DNA of 64,000 nt from Solirubrobacterales bacterium. Lineage in GTDB: Bacteria; Actinomycetota; Thermoleophilia; Solirubrobacterales; 70-9. Position numbers and translations under genes: made by a program. The notes below the pieces were generated by a model, which ran no database searches, was not told where the DNA came from, and saw nothing but the letters and a program-made list of their open reading frames with translations. Where the stretch lies: contig JBBDJH010000004.1 in NCBI GenBank assembly GCA_040879985.1, forward strand, positions 14,115 to 78,114, in the 5' to 3' direction. Positions 8,590-17,478 of the stretch are shown piece after piece. The stretch's first letter is position 1, and every line of letters begins with the position of its first letter.

Positions 8590-9591
8590 TCAGGCGCCGA
8601 CCGCGACGATCACGATGAACGACGTGTAGAGGGCGACCCAGCCGAGCACCGCGGGCAGGGCGAAGCGGTCGCGCCGGTGGAGGATCTCGTAGGCGAGCAG
8701 GCCGCCGGCGAGGCCGAGGCAGATCGAGATCGTCGCGTTGGTGGAGAGCTCCCAGTCGGTGAAGATCAGGCCGATCCCGATCGGGATCGTCGACTGGAAG
8801 ACCATCGCCCCGGTGATGTTGCCGAGCGCCAGCGAGTCCTTGCCTTCGCGGACCCAGAAGAAGCTGTTGACCTTCTCCGGCAGCTCGGTCGCCAGCGGGG
8901 CGAGGATCAGGGCGAGGACGAGCGCCTCGACGCCGATCGACTCGGCGATGTGGAGCAGTTCCTCGACGAAGAGGTGGGCGCCGCCGACCATCGTCCCCAG
9001 CCCGACGAGCAGCTGGATCGCGCAGAGCAGCAGGCTCGGGTCGGTGCGGCGCTCAGCGCGGCGCTCGAAGATCAGCGGGTCGAGCGTCGCGTGGTCCTGG
9101 ACCAGGCCTCCGGCGAGCAGGGTGCGGCGGACGTAGAAGAAGTAGGCGCAGATGACGACAATCCCGACCGGGATCCGCAGCGCGTCGGGCGCCCCCCAGG
9201 CCAGCGCCAGCGCGACCGCGAAGAAGAAGAGGAAGAAGAGCAGGTCGCGCTCCAGGGTCGGCTTGTGGGCTTTCAGCTCGAGCCCCTGCGCGCGCCGCTC
9301 GCGGTAGAGGTAGGCGAAGAGGCCGACCAGGCCCATCGCCAGGGTCGCGAGCAGGAAGGGGGCGCCGACGATCGCCCCGATCGCGACGTCTTCGGAGCCC
9401 TCGGCGGCGCTGAACAGCGCGACGACCGCGATCAGCGTCTCCGGCATCGCCGTGCCGACCGCGGCGAGCAGGCTGCCGACGGCGCCTTCGCCGAGCTGCA
9501 GCCGGTGGCCCATCCACTCGACCGCGTTGGTGAAGAGCAGCGCCCCGGCGAGGATCACCGCGAAGCTGAGGAACAGCAGGACGACGGTCAT
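8590..9591 (-). CDS. Na+/Ca2+ exchanger (CaCA family) membrane protein
   Basis: Two alpha-repeat-like segments (GSLLAAVGTAMPETLIA and GNITGAMVFQSTIPIGI) in a protein of about 10 TM helices. Confidence 0.85.
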   Translation of the reverse strand: MTVVLLFLSFAVILAGALLFTNAVEWMGHRLQLGEGAVGSLLAAVGTAMPETLIAVVALFSAAEGSEDVAIGAIVGAPFLLATLAMGLVGLFAYLYRERRAQGLELKAHKPTLERDLLFFLFFFAVALALAWGAPDALRIPVGIVVICAYFFYVRRTLLAGGLVQDHATLDPLIFERRAERRTDPSLLLCAIQLLVGLGTMVGGAHLFVEELLHIAESIGVEALVLALILAPLATELPEKVNSFFWVREGKDSLALGNITGAMVFQSTIPIGIGLIFTDWELSTNATISICLGLAGGLLAYEILHRRDRFALPAVLGWVALYTSFIVIVAVGA

Positions 9592-9609
9592 CGCGCTGGG
9601 CCTACCGGG

Positions 9610-10659
9610 TCAGCCGGCCGACGAGCCGCCGGGCACGCCCGGCACGCCCAGACCTTCGAACAGTTCGCCGAGGCCTTCGCCGCCGCCTTCGCCCTGCAGC
9701 AGGCCGAGCAGTTCGATCGGGTTGACGCCCAGTTTGAGGAACAGTTTGCTCAGCGGCCTGGCGTTTTCAGGCGCCGAGATCTGCTGCTCCTCGTTGACCC
9801 CGGTCAGTTTCAGGTCGATGTCGAGGTCGACTTTGCTCGGGCCGCTGCCGCCCTTCTGCGGCTCGATCGTGAGCTGCATCGAGATCTGCCGGACGATGTC
9901 GTCGTCGCCGACGTAGACGTCGACCCGGGCGGATTTGACCGAGTTGCCGACTTCCTCCTTGGCGCTTTCGATTTCCGCTGCGGAGGGCAGCGGGCCGGCG
10001 GCGGCGAGCTGCGTACGGCAGGCCTGGCTTTCGACCACTTCCAGCACCGCGTCGATCGCCGCGGAGACCTCGAGCTCGCCGCTGACCTTGGTCGTGCTCT
10101 CGCCGCCGACCTCGGCGGCGCCTTCGTTGGCGCCGTCGGCGAGGAAGTCGCCGACCTTCAACTTGCCGAATTCTTCCTGGCAGGCGGCGGCGCCGGCCGA
10201 GCCGCTTTCGGCGCCGCCTTCGCGCTGCGCCTGTTTGAGCGTCTGTTCGACGAAGCTGAAGGTCGTCGGGTCGACTTCGTACTCGATCCCTTCGTAGTTG
10301 ACGTAGGCGCTGTTGGGGAGCAGCACGATGCCGCCCTCGAAGTCGACTTTCTCACCTTCGTAGGTCCCGTCCGCTTTCGCCGTCATGTCGGCCTGCGGCA
10401 GGCTGCCCTGCCCTTCGCCCTGGAAGGGGCCGGAGAGGCTGACTTCGACGTTGCCGCCTTCGTTGCCCGGCGCGGCGAGCGCCAGCGTCAGGTCGATCGC
10501 GCCGCTCTCGATCCCCTGCAGGGTCGCTTCGTCGAGGACCGTCTGCGGGCTCTCGCCGCTCTTGTCGCTGCTGTCCCCGCCGCAGGCGGCCAGCAAGAGG
10601 CTGGTCGCGACCAGGGCGGCGACGGCGGCGATCACGTAGGGGAAACGAAGTCGGCTCAA
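9610..10659 (-). CDS. Putative lipoprotein, unknown function
   Basis: Lipobox LLLAACGG after a basic N-terminus. The mature part is acidic and Gly/Glu-rich with no recognised domain. Confidence 0.6.
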   Translation of the reverse strand: MSRLRFPYVIAAVAALVATSLLLAACGGDSSDKSGESPQTVLDEATLQGIESGAIDLTLALAAPGNEGGNVEVSLSGPFQGEGQGSLPQADMTAKADGTYEGEKVDFEGGIVLLPNSAYVNYEGIEYEVDPTTFSFVEQTLKQAQREGGAESGSAGAAACQEEFGKLKVGDFLADGANEGAAEVGGESTTKVSGELEVSAAIDAVLEVVESQACRTQLAAAGPLPSAAEIESAKEEVGNSVKSARVDVYVGDDDIVRQISMQLTIEPQKGGSGPSKVDLDIDLKLTGVNEEQQISAPENARPLSKLFLKLGVNPIELLGLLQGEGGGEGLGELFEGLGVPGVPGGSSAG

Positions 10660-10743
10660 GGCGGGGGCCTCCTGGAAGGTCGAGGATGCGGTTGCGGGAT
10701 GGTAAGGCTAGTACGGCGCGCGCGCCGGTCTCTCGGCGGTTGC

Positions 10744-10983
10744 TTATCTCGACATGCGCTCCAGCTGCGGCGGCGTGCCCTCGGTGATGTTGAGCGCCAG
10801 CGGGAAGAGGAAGGCGCCGAGGAAGATCAGCACGATGCCGGCAGCGACCAGCCAGCGCAGCGCGGTGAGGTGGCCGAGGATGCCGACGACGAAGCCGATC
10901 AGGACCAGGGCGACGTAGGCGCCGGGGCCGCGCGGCAGCAGGGCGGCGAGGGAGAGGGCGAGGTCGGGGTCGAGGTCGAGCAC
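10744..10983 (-). CDS. Possible small two-TM membrane protein
   Basis: Two hydrophobic helices (YVALVLIGFVVGILG and LVAAGIVLIFLGAFLF). It has only a GTG start and no clear SD. Confidence 0.3.
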   Translation of the reverse strand: MLDLDPDLALSLAALLPRGPGAYVALVLIGFVVGILGHLTALRWLVAAGIVLIFLGAFLFPLALNITEGTPPQLERMSR

Positions 10984-11005
10984 CGGGGCGGATTATCATC
11001 GCCCG

Positions 11006-11896
11006 ATGGCCGAGGCGCAGACTCCCGCTTCCGTGAGCGAGACCAAGCAGGCGCTCGCGGCCGCCTCCTACCTCGCCGACGAGCCGGCGGCGCTGGTCTC
11101 CTACCTCGCCCAGCGGCTCGGCAAGCCGATCCTGGTCGAGGGCCCGGCGGGGGTCGGCAAGACCGAGCTGGCCAAGGCGCTCGCGCGGGCCAGCGGCCGC
11201 GAGCTGATCCGCCTGCAGTGCTACGAGGGCCTCGACGAGGCCAAGGCGCTCTACGAGTGGAACTACCGCAAGCAGCTGCTGCGCATCCAGGCCGGCGGCG
11301 AGGACGGCTGGGAGGACGTCCACGGCGACATCTTCAGCGACGAGTTCCTGCTCGAGCGGCCGCTGATGCAGGCGATCGCCAGCCCCGAGCCGGTCGTGCT
11401 GCTGATTGACGAGATCGACAAGACCGACCAGGAGTTCGAGGCGATGCTGCTCGAGCTGCTCTCCGACTTCCAGATCACGATCCCCGAGCTGGGCCAGGTC
11501 GCGGCGAGCTCGATGCCTATCGTCGTGCTGACCTCGAACAACTCGCGCGAGCTGACCGAGGCGCTGAAGCGCCGCTGCCTCTACCTCTGGCTCGACTACC
11601 CGGACCTCGAGCGCGAGCTGGAGATCGTCCACCTGCACGCGCCGGAGCTGCCGGAGACGCTGGCGCGGCGGATGGTCGAGGTGGTGCGGATGGTGCGCGA
11701 CCTGGACCTCAAGAAGCCGCCCTCGATCGCCGAGACGATCGACTGGGCGCGGACGCTGCTGCTGATCGGCGCCGAGGACATCGACCGCGAGACCTTCGAG
11801 CAGTCGATGTCGATCATCGTCAAGCACCGCACCGACATCGACCTCGTCGCCGAGCGGGTCGGGATGAAGCTCGCGGCGCCGACCCAGGCGGGGTGA
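11006..11896 (+). CDS. MoxR-family AAA+ ATPase (CoxD-like)
   Basis: Walker A EGPAGVGKTELAKA, Walker B LLIDEIDK, and the CYEGLDEAKALYEWNY segment typical of MoxR/CoxD. Confidence 0.9.
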   Translation: MAEAQTPASVSETKQALAAASYLADEPAALVSYLAQRLGKPILVEGPAGVGKTELAKALARASGRELIRLQCYEGLDEAKALYEWNYRKQLLRIQAGGEDGWEDVHGDIFSDEFLLERPLMQAIASPEPVVLLIDEIDKTDQEFEAMLLELLSDFQITIPELGQVAASSMPIVVLTSNNSRELTEALKRRCLYLWLDYPDLERELEIVHLHAPELPETLARRMVEVVRMVRDLDLKKPPSIAETIDWARTLLLIGAEDIDRETFEQSMSIIVKHRTDIDLVAERVGMKLAAPTQAG

Positions 11897-13314
11897 GCCC
11901 GACGGCGGCCTCGCCCTACGGGCCGCGAGCCGAGGCCGGCCCGCCCGGGCTGGCCGCGCAGCTGCTCGGCTTCTGCGAGGAGCTGCGCGGCGAGGGGGTG
12001 GCGGTCGGCACCTCGGAGATCCTCGACGCCTTCGCCGCGCTCGAGCAGGTGCCCTGGGAGTCGCGCGACGACTTCCGCGAGGCGCTGGCGGCGACGATCG
12101 CCAAGTCGCAGGAGGACCGCCGGGTGTTCGAGCTGCTCTTCGAGCGCTGGTTCTTCCGCGCCGCCGAGGCGGAGGCGATCGGGCGCGAGGCCGGCGAGGT
12201 CGAGCGGCGCCACGAGGGCGCCGAGCGGCTCGACATCGACGAGCTGCGCGAGCAGATCCGCGCGGCGATCGTCGCCGGCGACGATGACCGGATGCGCGAC
12301 CTGGCGCGGCTGGCGATCGCCGCCTTCGGCCGCCGCGGCGAGGGCTCGGGCGTGGTCGGGGTCGACGTGCAGCGGATCCGCCGCACGCTCGAGCTCTCCG
12401 CCGGGACGCAGCCGCAGGGGCAGGCGAGCGACGGCGCCGCCGAGCTGCCGCCGATCGAGCGCGAGCAGCTCAACCGCTTCGAGCGCCACCTGCGCCGCGA
12501 GCTCGAGCGCGACCTGATCGAGCGCACCGAGACGCTGCCCCCCGCGCGGCCGCTGGCCGAGCTCGACCGGGCGCTGCCGACCAGCCCGACGCAGGACCTC
12601 GCCGCGGTCCACTGCGCCGTCGCGCAGATGAAGCGCCGCCTGGCGACGCTCGGCCACGAGCAGCGCGGCCGGCGCAAGGCGCGCAGCGTCGACGTGCGGC
12701 GCACGATGCGGGCCTCGCTGGAGACCGGCGGCGTGCCGATGCACCTGCGCTACCGGCCGAAGCGGCCGCGGCGGCCGGAGATCTACGTGCTCTGCGACGT
12801 CTCGACCAGCGTCACCTCGGCCAGCGTCTTCTTCCTCTCCGTGCTGCACGCCCTGCACGACTCCTTCCGCAAACTGCGCAGCTTCGTCTTCATCGAGCGG
12901 ATCAGCGAGGTGACCGAGGTCTTCGAGCACGAGCGCGACTTCCGCGAGATCGCCCGGCGGATCTCCAGCGAGGGCGGCGTCGCCGACGTCTCCGGCTACA
13001 CCGACTACGGCCGCGTCTGGCTCGAGTTCCTGACCGAGATCTCCGACGAGCTCGACCCGCGCTCGACCGTGATCGTGCTCGGCGACGCCCGCACCAACGG
13101 CCGCGAGCCGCACGCCGAGGTCTTCGCCCAGGTGGCGGAGCGGGCCGGCCGGCTCTTCTGGCTCAATCCCGAGCCGCGCCTGTACTGGAACTACGGCGAC
13201 TCGGTGATGGCCGCCTACGAGCGCCACTGCGACGGCGCCTTCGAGTGCTGGACCACCCGCCACCTGGAGAACTTCGTCAACGTCGTCGCCGGCGGCGTCC
13301 CGGCGGCGGACTAG
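11893..13314 (+). CDS. VWA-domain protein (CoxE-like), partner of MoxR ATPase
   Basis: Overlaps the MoxR stop by 4 nt. The MIDAS-like start of the VWA domain is YVLCDVSTSV. The architecture matches VWA_CoxE. Confidence 0.85.
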   Translation: MSPTAASPYGPRAEAGPPGLAAQLLGFCEELRGEGVAVGTSEILDAFAALEQVPWESRDDFREALAATIAKSQEDRRVFELLFERWFFRAAEAEAIGREAGEVERRHEGAERLDIDELREQIRAAIVAGDDDRMRDLARLAIAAFGRRGEGSGVVGVDVQRIRRTLELSAGTQPQGQASDGAAELPPIEREQLNRFERHLRRELERDLIERTETLPPARPLAELDRALPTSPTQDLAAVHCAVAQMKRRLATLGHEQRGRRKARSVDVRRTMRASLETGGVPMHLRYRPKRPRRPEIYVLCDVSTSVTSASVFFLSVLHALHDSFRKLRSFVFIERISEVTEVFEHERDFREIARRISSEGGVADVSGYTDYGRVWLEFLTEISDELDPRSTVIVLGDARTNGREPHAEVFAQVAERAGRLFWLNPEPRLYWNYGDSVMAAYERHCDGAFECWTTRHLENFVNVVAGGVPAAD

Positions 13315-13323
13315 CCTGCGGGC

Positions 13324-14256
13324 GTGCTCGAAGGATCGGGGACGAGGCTCGTTCGGCGGATTCCCGCAACGGCGGATCGCTCGCGGTTGCTCGGAGCGGC
13401 CCTCTCGTTCGGATTGGCGGCCGTTCTGCTCGGCGCCCCGGCCGCGTCGGCCAAATTCAGCGTCTTCCCGACCACCCTGGAGGCGCGGGCGAAGCCGGGC
13501 ACGGTCGCCTCCGGCGTCTTCAACGTGCGCATGGAAGGGGAATCCGCGCGCAGGTTCGTGGTCGGCGCGCAGGACCTCGTCCCCCAGCCCGACGGGTCGC
13601 TCGCCGTGGCGAGGCAAAGCGGCTCCCCGTTCTCGGCCTCCCGTTGGGTGTCGCTGACGCCGTCGCGGTTCCCCGGCCTGCCCAGCCGGGTGCAGCCGGT
13701 CGAGTACGCGGTCAGGGTCCCGCCCAGGGCCGAGCCGGGCGACCACCTGGCCTCACTCACGGTCACCCGCCTGCCCCGCGGCGGCGCCTCGACCACCGTG
13801 CCGGCGCAGGCCGTCTCCGTTCGCCTGCGGCTGCGGGTCGCGGGGCGGATCGAGCGCTCGGCTCGGGTCGCCGCGCTGGATGCGCCGAGGATCGCCGCCG
13901 GCAACCCTGTGAGCGTCGTGGCCGAGGTGGTCAATACGGGAAACGTGAGACTGGACTTCGACCGTGCGGCAAGCGGCTTGCTGACCATCCTCGACGGCTC
14001 CGAGCGCGAGGCGAGGCTGAGCTTCGCCGGGACGGTGTATCCGGGCCAGCGTCGTCCGTTCGAGCTCTCCTGGGACCAGGCCCCGCTCTTCGGCGACTTC
14101 CACGCGGTGGCGACGGTCGACGCCGGAAACGGCAAGCGGGTGCGGGACTCGGCTTCGATCCTCGTGCTTCCCTGGCGGCAGATCGGCGCCCTGCTCCTGA
14201 TCGCGCTGGCGGCGATCGTCCTCCTCGTCGGTCGCTCGCGGCGCCTCTACCCCTGA
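13324..14256 (+). CDS. Secreted two-Ig-like-domain surface protein with C-terminal TM anchor (DUF916/DUF3324-like architecture)
   Basis: Signal peptide ..LLGAPAASA, two beta-rich modules, and a C-terminal TM helix IGALLLIALAAIVLLVG plus RSRR. The family call rests on architecture only. Confidence 0.5.
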   Translation: MLEGSGTRLVRRIPATADRSRLLGAALSFGLAAVLLGAPAASAKFSVFPTTLEARAKPGTVASGVFNVRMEGESARRFVVGAQDLVPQPDGSLAVARQSGSPFSASRWVSLTPSRFPGLPSRVQPVEYAVRVPPRAEPGDHLASLTVTRLPRGGASTTVPAQAVSVRLRLRVAGRIERSARVAALDAPRIAAGNPVSVVAEVVNTGNVRLDFDRAASGLLTILDGSEREARLSFAGTVYPGQRRPFELSWDQAPLFGDFHAVATVDAGNGKRVRDSASILVLPWRQIGALLLIALAAIVLLVGRSRRLYP

Positions 14257-14283
14257 GGCGGCGGCAAAGCGACCGGCAACGGG

Positions 14284-15132
14284 TCAGGGCAGGCTGACGC
14301 TGACCTTCGACGGCCCGCCGACCCGGGGCTCGAACTCGAGCGCAAGCTCCTCGGTTTTGGCCGGCACCAGGAAGCCGAGGCGCACCTCGGCGCTCGCGCC
14401 GGCAGGCAGCGACCCGCTGCGGGCAAGCGAGGCGGGGCCGACGGTTCCCTGCTGGTCCGGGTAGTAGAGCGCGCCGCGGCCGTCGGCGAGCCGGAAGGAC
14501 AGCTCGGCCGGGTCGAAGCCCTTCGTCGTCGCCGTCGCCTCGACTACCACGGGGTACCACTCTCTTACCGTATCCGGTGGAGCCGGGAAGGCGGCGGCCC
14601 ATGCGGCGCCGGCGGCGGGTGCGACGTCGAAGCTCGCGCCGCCGGCCTCGAAGGCCACCCCTGAGGGCTGCCTGCGGATCGCCAGGTCGGGGACCGGCCC
14701 CGCGCGCACGCCGGCGTCGGCGGCGGGTGAGATTTCGGCCTGCCGATCTTCATGCCCCGTGATCGAGAGGCTGATGACCAAGATCGCCGCGACGATCAGG
14801 ACGGCGGCGGCGAGCGCCGGCCCGATGCCGATCTCGTCGCGAAGCTTCCACCACCAGGCGCTCGGGGTCTCGGCCAGGCTTGGCGGCAGCGGCAGGTGTT
14901 CCTGCCGGTAGCGCTCGAATCCGGCGCCGGCGAGGAAGCCGACGACCACCGCGGCCGCCCCCCATCCTGGCGGCAGCAACAGCACGACGCCCACAACCGC
15001 GGCGCAGAGCGCGACGAAGGTCCGCAGAGGTCGAAGCGGCCCCCCGCCGAGAAGGGCCGCTTCATCCCCATCCGCCGACTCAGTCGGCGTTGGAGGCCAC
15101 GAAGGTGACGACGCCACCGTCATAGGTACCAC
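14284..15132 (-). CDS. Membrane protein with extracytoplasmic beta-sandwich-like C-terminal domain
   Basis: Three predicted TM helices followed by a domain ending ..AEVRLGFLVPAKTEELALEFEP (DUF4352-like pattern). The start is uncertain because it overlaps the upstream ORF by about 50 nt. Confidence 0.45.
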   Translation of the reverse strand: MVPMTVASSPSWPPTPTESADGDEAALLGGGPLRPLRTFVALCAAVVGVVLLLPPGWGAAAVVVGFLAGAGFERYRQEHLPLPPSLAETPSAWWWKLRDEIGIGPALAAAVLIVAAILVISLSITGHEDRQAEISPAADAGVRAGPVPDLAIRRQPSGVAFEAGGASFDVAPAAGAAWAAAFPAPPDTVREWYPVVVEATATTKGFDPAELSFRLADGRGALYYPDQQGTVGPASLARSGSLPAGASAEVRLGFLVPAKTEELALEFEPRVGGPSKVSVSLP

Positions 15133-15643
15133 CGCGCGCCGAGCTGGGCACGTCGAGCGTGTATCTGTAGCTGAACGAGTTGGTTTCGGCCGGGGCCGCG
15201 CTGACCAGGCTTCGCGACTGATCGAGGCTGCAGACGGGTTCGGCTTCCGCTCCGCAGCTGGTCGTCGAGCCGGCCGGGGATTCGGTCACCGTCGCCGCGA
15301 AGTTGCTGGCGGCGAGATCCACTTCCTCGGCTGAGTTGTTGGGCGCCGTGGTCATGCTCGAGGCGACGTTCCAGGCCGCGTTCGAGGTGACACAGCCGGT
15401 GAACGTGGTGCTTTCGCTGGAGCCGCCGGCGCTGAGCGTGCCGAAGTCGAAGGCACTCATGTCCTGGGTGCATTCGCCGGCCGAGCCCCACGAGATCGTG
15501 CTCGCCACGGTGGCCGAGACGCCCTGGGTCTGTTCGGCGGTCGCGGCTCGCGTCGACTGGCTCGCGGAGAGCCAGAGGGCGAGAGCCGTGACGATAAACG
15601 CAGCGGCCACGGCCGTGCGCAAGAGTTGCATTCGCGCTTCCAT
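15080..15643 (-). CDS. Secreted surface protein, WxL-domain-like
   Basis: Signal peptide ..ALWLSASQSTRA. The mature part is Ser/Thr/Ala-rich and beta-type, with a C-terminal ..GGTYDGGVVTFVASNAD resembling WxL-type ends. Confidence 0.4.
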   Translation of the reverse strand: MEARMQLLRTAVAAAFIVTALALWLSASQSTRAATAEQTQGVSATVASTISWGSAGECTQDMSAFDFGTLSAGGSSESTTFTGCVTSNAAWNVASSMTTAPNNSAEEVDLAASNFAATVTESPAGSTTSCGAEAEPVCSLDQSRSLVSAAPAETNSFSYRYTLDVPSSARGGTYDGGVVTFVASNAD

Positions 15644-15847
15644 ATCTTTTTCTCCCAGCTCCAGCCGCCATCGCGGCTGGATGGTTGAGTTGGGCCCTAC
15701 CCCACCCCTATCGACGCTGTGGGCTTCTGGTTAGAACGGCCGGACGGACGTTCGATCCCGCTTCGTACGGCTACGCGGCAAGCGCCGGGGCGAGATCCTT
15801 GGCAGATGGCTGCAGCGCGGCATGCCGCTGGTTCTTGGCTCGCAGGC

Positions 15848-16303
15848 CTAGCGCGGGGCCCAGGCGTCGGCGGAGCCGGATAGCTCGGCGACGATCGGCG
15901 GCAGGTCGCCGCTGACCAGTTCGGCCAGGGTGACGTGCTCGAGCACGGCGCGGAGGTTGGCGCGGACGGCGATCCAGACCTCCTGCAGGTGCTCGGCGTG
16001 GCCGCGGTACTCGATCGACTCCGGCGGGGCCGACTGGACGTGGGCGATCGGCCCCTCGACCGCGCGGACGATGTCGGCGATCGTGATCGCGTCGGCCGGC
16101 TTGGCCAGCCAGTAACCGCCCTTGGCCCCCCGCCGAGCCCGCACGATCCCATGATGCTTCAACTCCAAGAGAATGTGCTCGAGAAACTGCAGAGGAATGT
16201 CCTGCGCCTCCGCCAGCCGCTCGCCCTTGATCGGACCATCCTTCTCAGCCGCCAACTCAGCGGCCGCCCGCACTGCGTAGTCGGCCTTGGCGGAAACCCT
16301 CAC
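15848..16303 (-). CDS. Rrf2-family transcriptional regulator
   Basis: Trimmed to GTG 16303: (M)RVSAKADYAVRAAAELAA..PLQFLEHILLELKHHGIVRARRGAKGGYWLA (Rrf2 wHTH). The upstream 45 codons of the track ORF are encoded by repeat D1. Confidence 0.85.
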   Translation of the reverse strand: MRVSAKADYAVRAAAELAAEKDGPIKGERLAEAQDIPLQFLEHILLELKHHGIVRARRGAKGGYWLAKPADAITIADIVRAVEGPIAHVQSAPPESIEYRGHAEHLQEVWIAVRANLRAVLEHVTLAELVSGDLPPIVAELSGSADAWAPR

Positions 16304-16328
16304 GAGAGAAGGATATCTGCCGCTGACA

Positions 16329-16455
16329 GTGGGTGGCGGGGCGTGTCCGGGCGGACGCGGCGTCCTGTTTTTCGCCCCGCCGACAACCTCGGACGGGTAA
16401 TTGCCCCCAGGCGAAAAACCCAGCGCCCGCCCGGACACCCCCCGCCGCCCACCAC
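16329..16455. repeat. Family-D nested-hairpin element, copy 1 (127 bp)
   Basis: Shares CGCGGCGTCCTGTTTTTCGCC .. AACCTCGG .. GGCGAAAAACCCAGCGCCCG with the copy at 30605-30709. Its outer arms GTGGGTGGCGGGGCGTGTCCGGGCGG / CCGCCCGGACACCCCCCGCCGCCCACCAC are palindromic. It lies between the TauE stop and the Rrf2 start. Confidence 0.85.
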
Positions 16456-16457
16456 GC

Positions 16458-17405
16458 CTACCCGATCTCCTCGAGCGCCAGCTCGTCGGAGCGGTCGTGC
16501 GGCGGCCCCTCGCCCTGCTTCGCTTCGCGCTCGGCCCGCCGCCTGCCCCACCAGCGCGGGAACCAGATCAGCAGCCCGAGGCCGACTCCGGCGACCGCTG
16601 CGGCGATCGGCCAGACCATCGGGTCGCCCTCCTGCACGGTGACGATCCCGGCGGCGACGAGGACGACGCCGAGCGCGGTGCGCAGGAAGCCGGTCGGCGC
16701 CCGGGCGGCGAAATGGGCGCCGACGATCACCCCCGGGATCGAGCCGAGCAGGATATTGCCGGCGAGGACGAAGTCGACGTTGCCGCTGACCCAGTGGGCG
16801 ATCCCCGCCGCCCAGAGCAGGATCGCCGCGTGGAAGACGTCGGTGCCGACGACTTTCTTCGGCGCCAGGCGGAAGACGGCGATCAGCAGGATCGCGATCA
16901 CCGTTCCCGAGCCGGCCGAGGTGATGCCGATGACGAAGCCGGTGACGATGCCGATCGCCACCGCGGCGATCTTGTGGCGGCGCTTGATCTCGAAGTCCTC
17001 GCGCTCCTCGACCAGGTCGCTGAGGATCAGCGCCCGCGCCAGGGTGATCAGGCCGACCATCAGCAGGGCGCCGCCGAGCAGCGCGTAGACGAGCGAGTCA
17101 AGCCGCTCTTCGCCGATCCGGCTCTGCAGGATCGCGATCGCCCAGACGCCGGCGACCGAGGCCGGCACGCTGCCGGCGGCCAACCACATCGAGAGGCCGA
17201 TGTTGACCGTGCCCATGCGCAGGTGGCGCCAGCCGCCGACGGTCTTGGTTACCGCCGCGTAGAAGATGTCGGTGCCGATCGCGGTCACCGGCTTGACCCC
17301 GAAGAGGAGGATCAGCAGCGGCGTCATCAGGGTGCCGCCGCCCATGCCGGTCATACCGACCATCGCGCCGATTCCGAAGCCGAAGATGATGATTGCCGGG
17401 TCCAT
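16458..17405 (-). CDS. TauE/SafE-family (DUF81) anion/sulfite exporter
   Basis: MDPAIIIFGFGIGAMVGMTGMGGGTLMTPLLILLFG and a second internal repeat ITSAGSGTVIAILL are typical of TauE. Confidence 0.85.
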   Translation of the reverse strand: MDPAIIIFGFGIGAMVGMTGMGGGTLMTPLLILLFGVKPVTAIGTDIFYAAVTKTVGGWRHLRMGTVNIGLSMWLAAGSVPASVAGVWAIAILQSRIGEERLDSLVYALLGGALLMVGLITLARALILSDLVEEREDFEIKRRHKIAAVAIGIVTGFVIGITSAGSGTVIAILLIAVFRLAPKKVVGTDVFHAAILLWAAGIAHWVSGNVDFVLAGNILLGSIPGVIVGAHFAARAPTGFLRTALGVVLVAAGIVTVQEGDPMVWPIAAAVAGVGLGLLIWFPRWWGRRRAEREAKQGEGPPHDRSDELALEEIG

Positions 17406-17478
17406 GGTGGGCTGCGCGAACTGGTTATCGACTTTCTTGACCTTCTAAGTCAGAAGCGCGCAGTGCGGCAGGATACCA

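Noticed and set aside
8677-11409. 910-aa plus-strand ORF spanning the CaCA, lipoprotein and MoxR regions.
   Set aside because: It is antisense to two motif-supported minus-strand genes and has Arg/Asp/Glu/Gly low-complexity composition. The same reasoning applies to 6889-8463(-), 10352-11827(-), 11596-13746(-), 20504-22762(+), 23326-25110(+), 25026-26183(-), 35640-36632(-), 36667-38319(-), 41896-43248(-), 43325-45103(-), 45100-46434(-), 59938-61266(+) and similar ORFs.
15740-15775. tRNA-like T-loop string GTTCGATCCC (about 15750-15759) with a nearby GGTTAGAAC.
   Set aside because: The flanking bases do not form a T-stem (GGACG versus CCGCT). No acceptor or anticodon stems could be drawn on either strand. 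It is most likely chance or a very degraded remnant.
17406-17478. Possible TPP or other riboswitch upstream of the NMT1/ThiY-like ABC operon.
   Set aside because: The intergenic region is only about 73 nt, is shared with the divergent TauE gene, and lacks the conserved CUGAGA/ACCUGA TPP elements.
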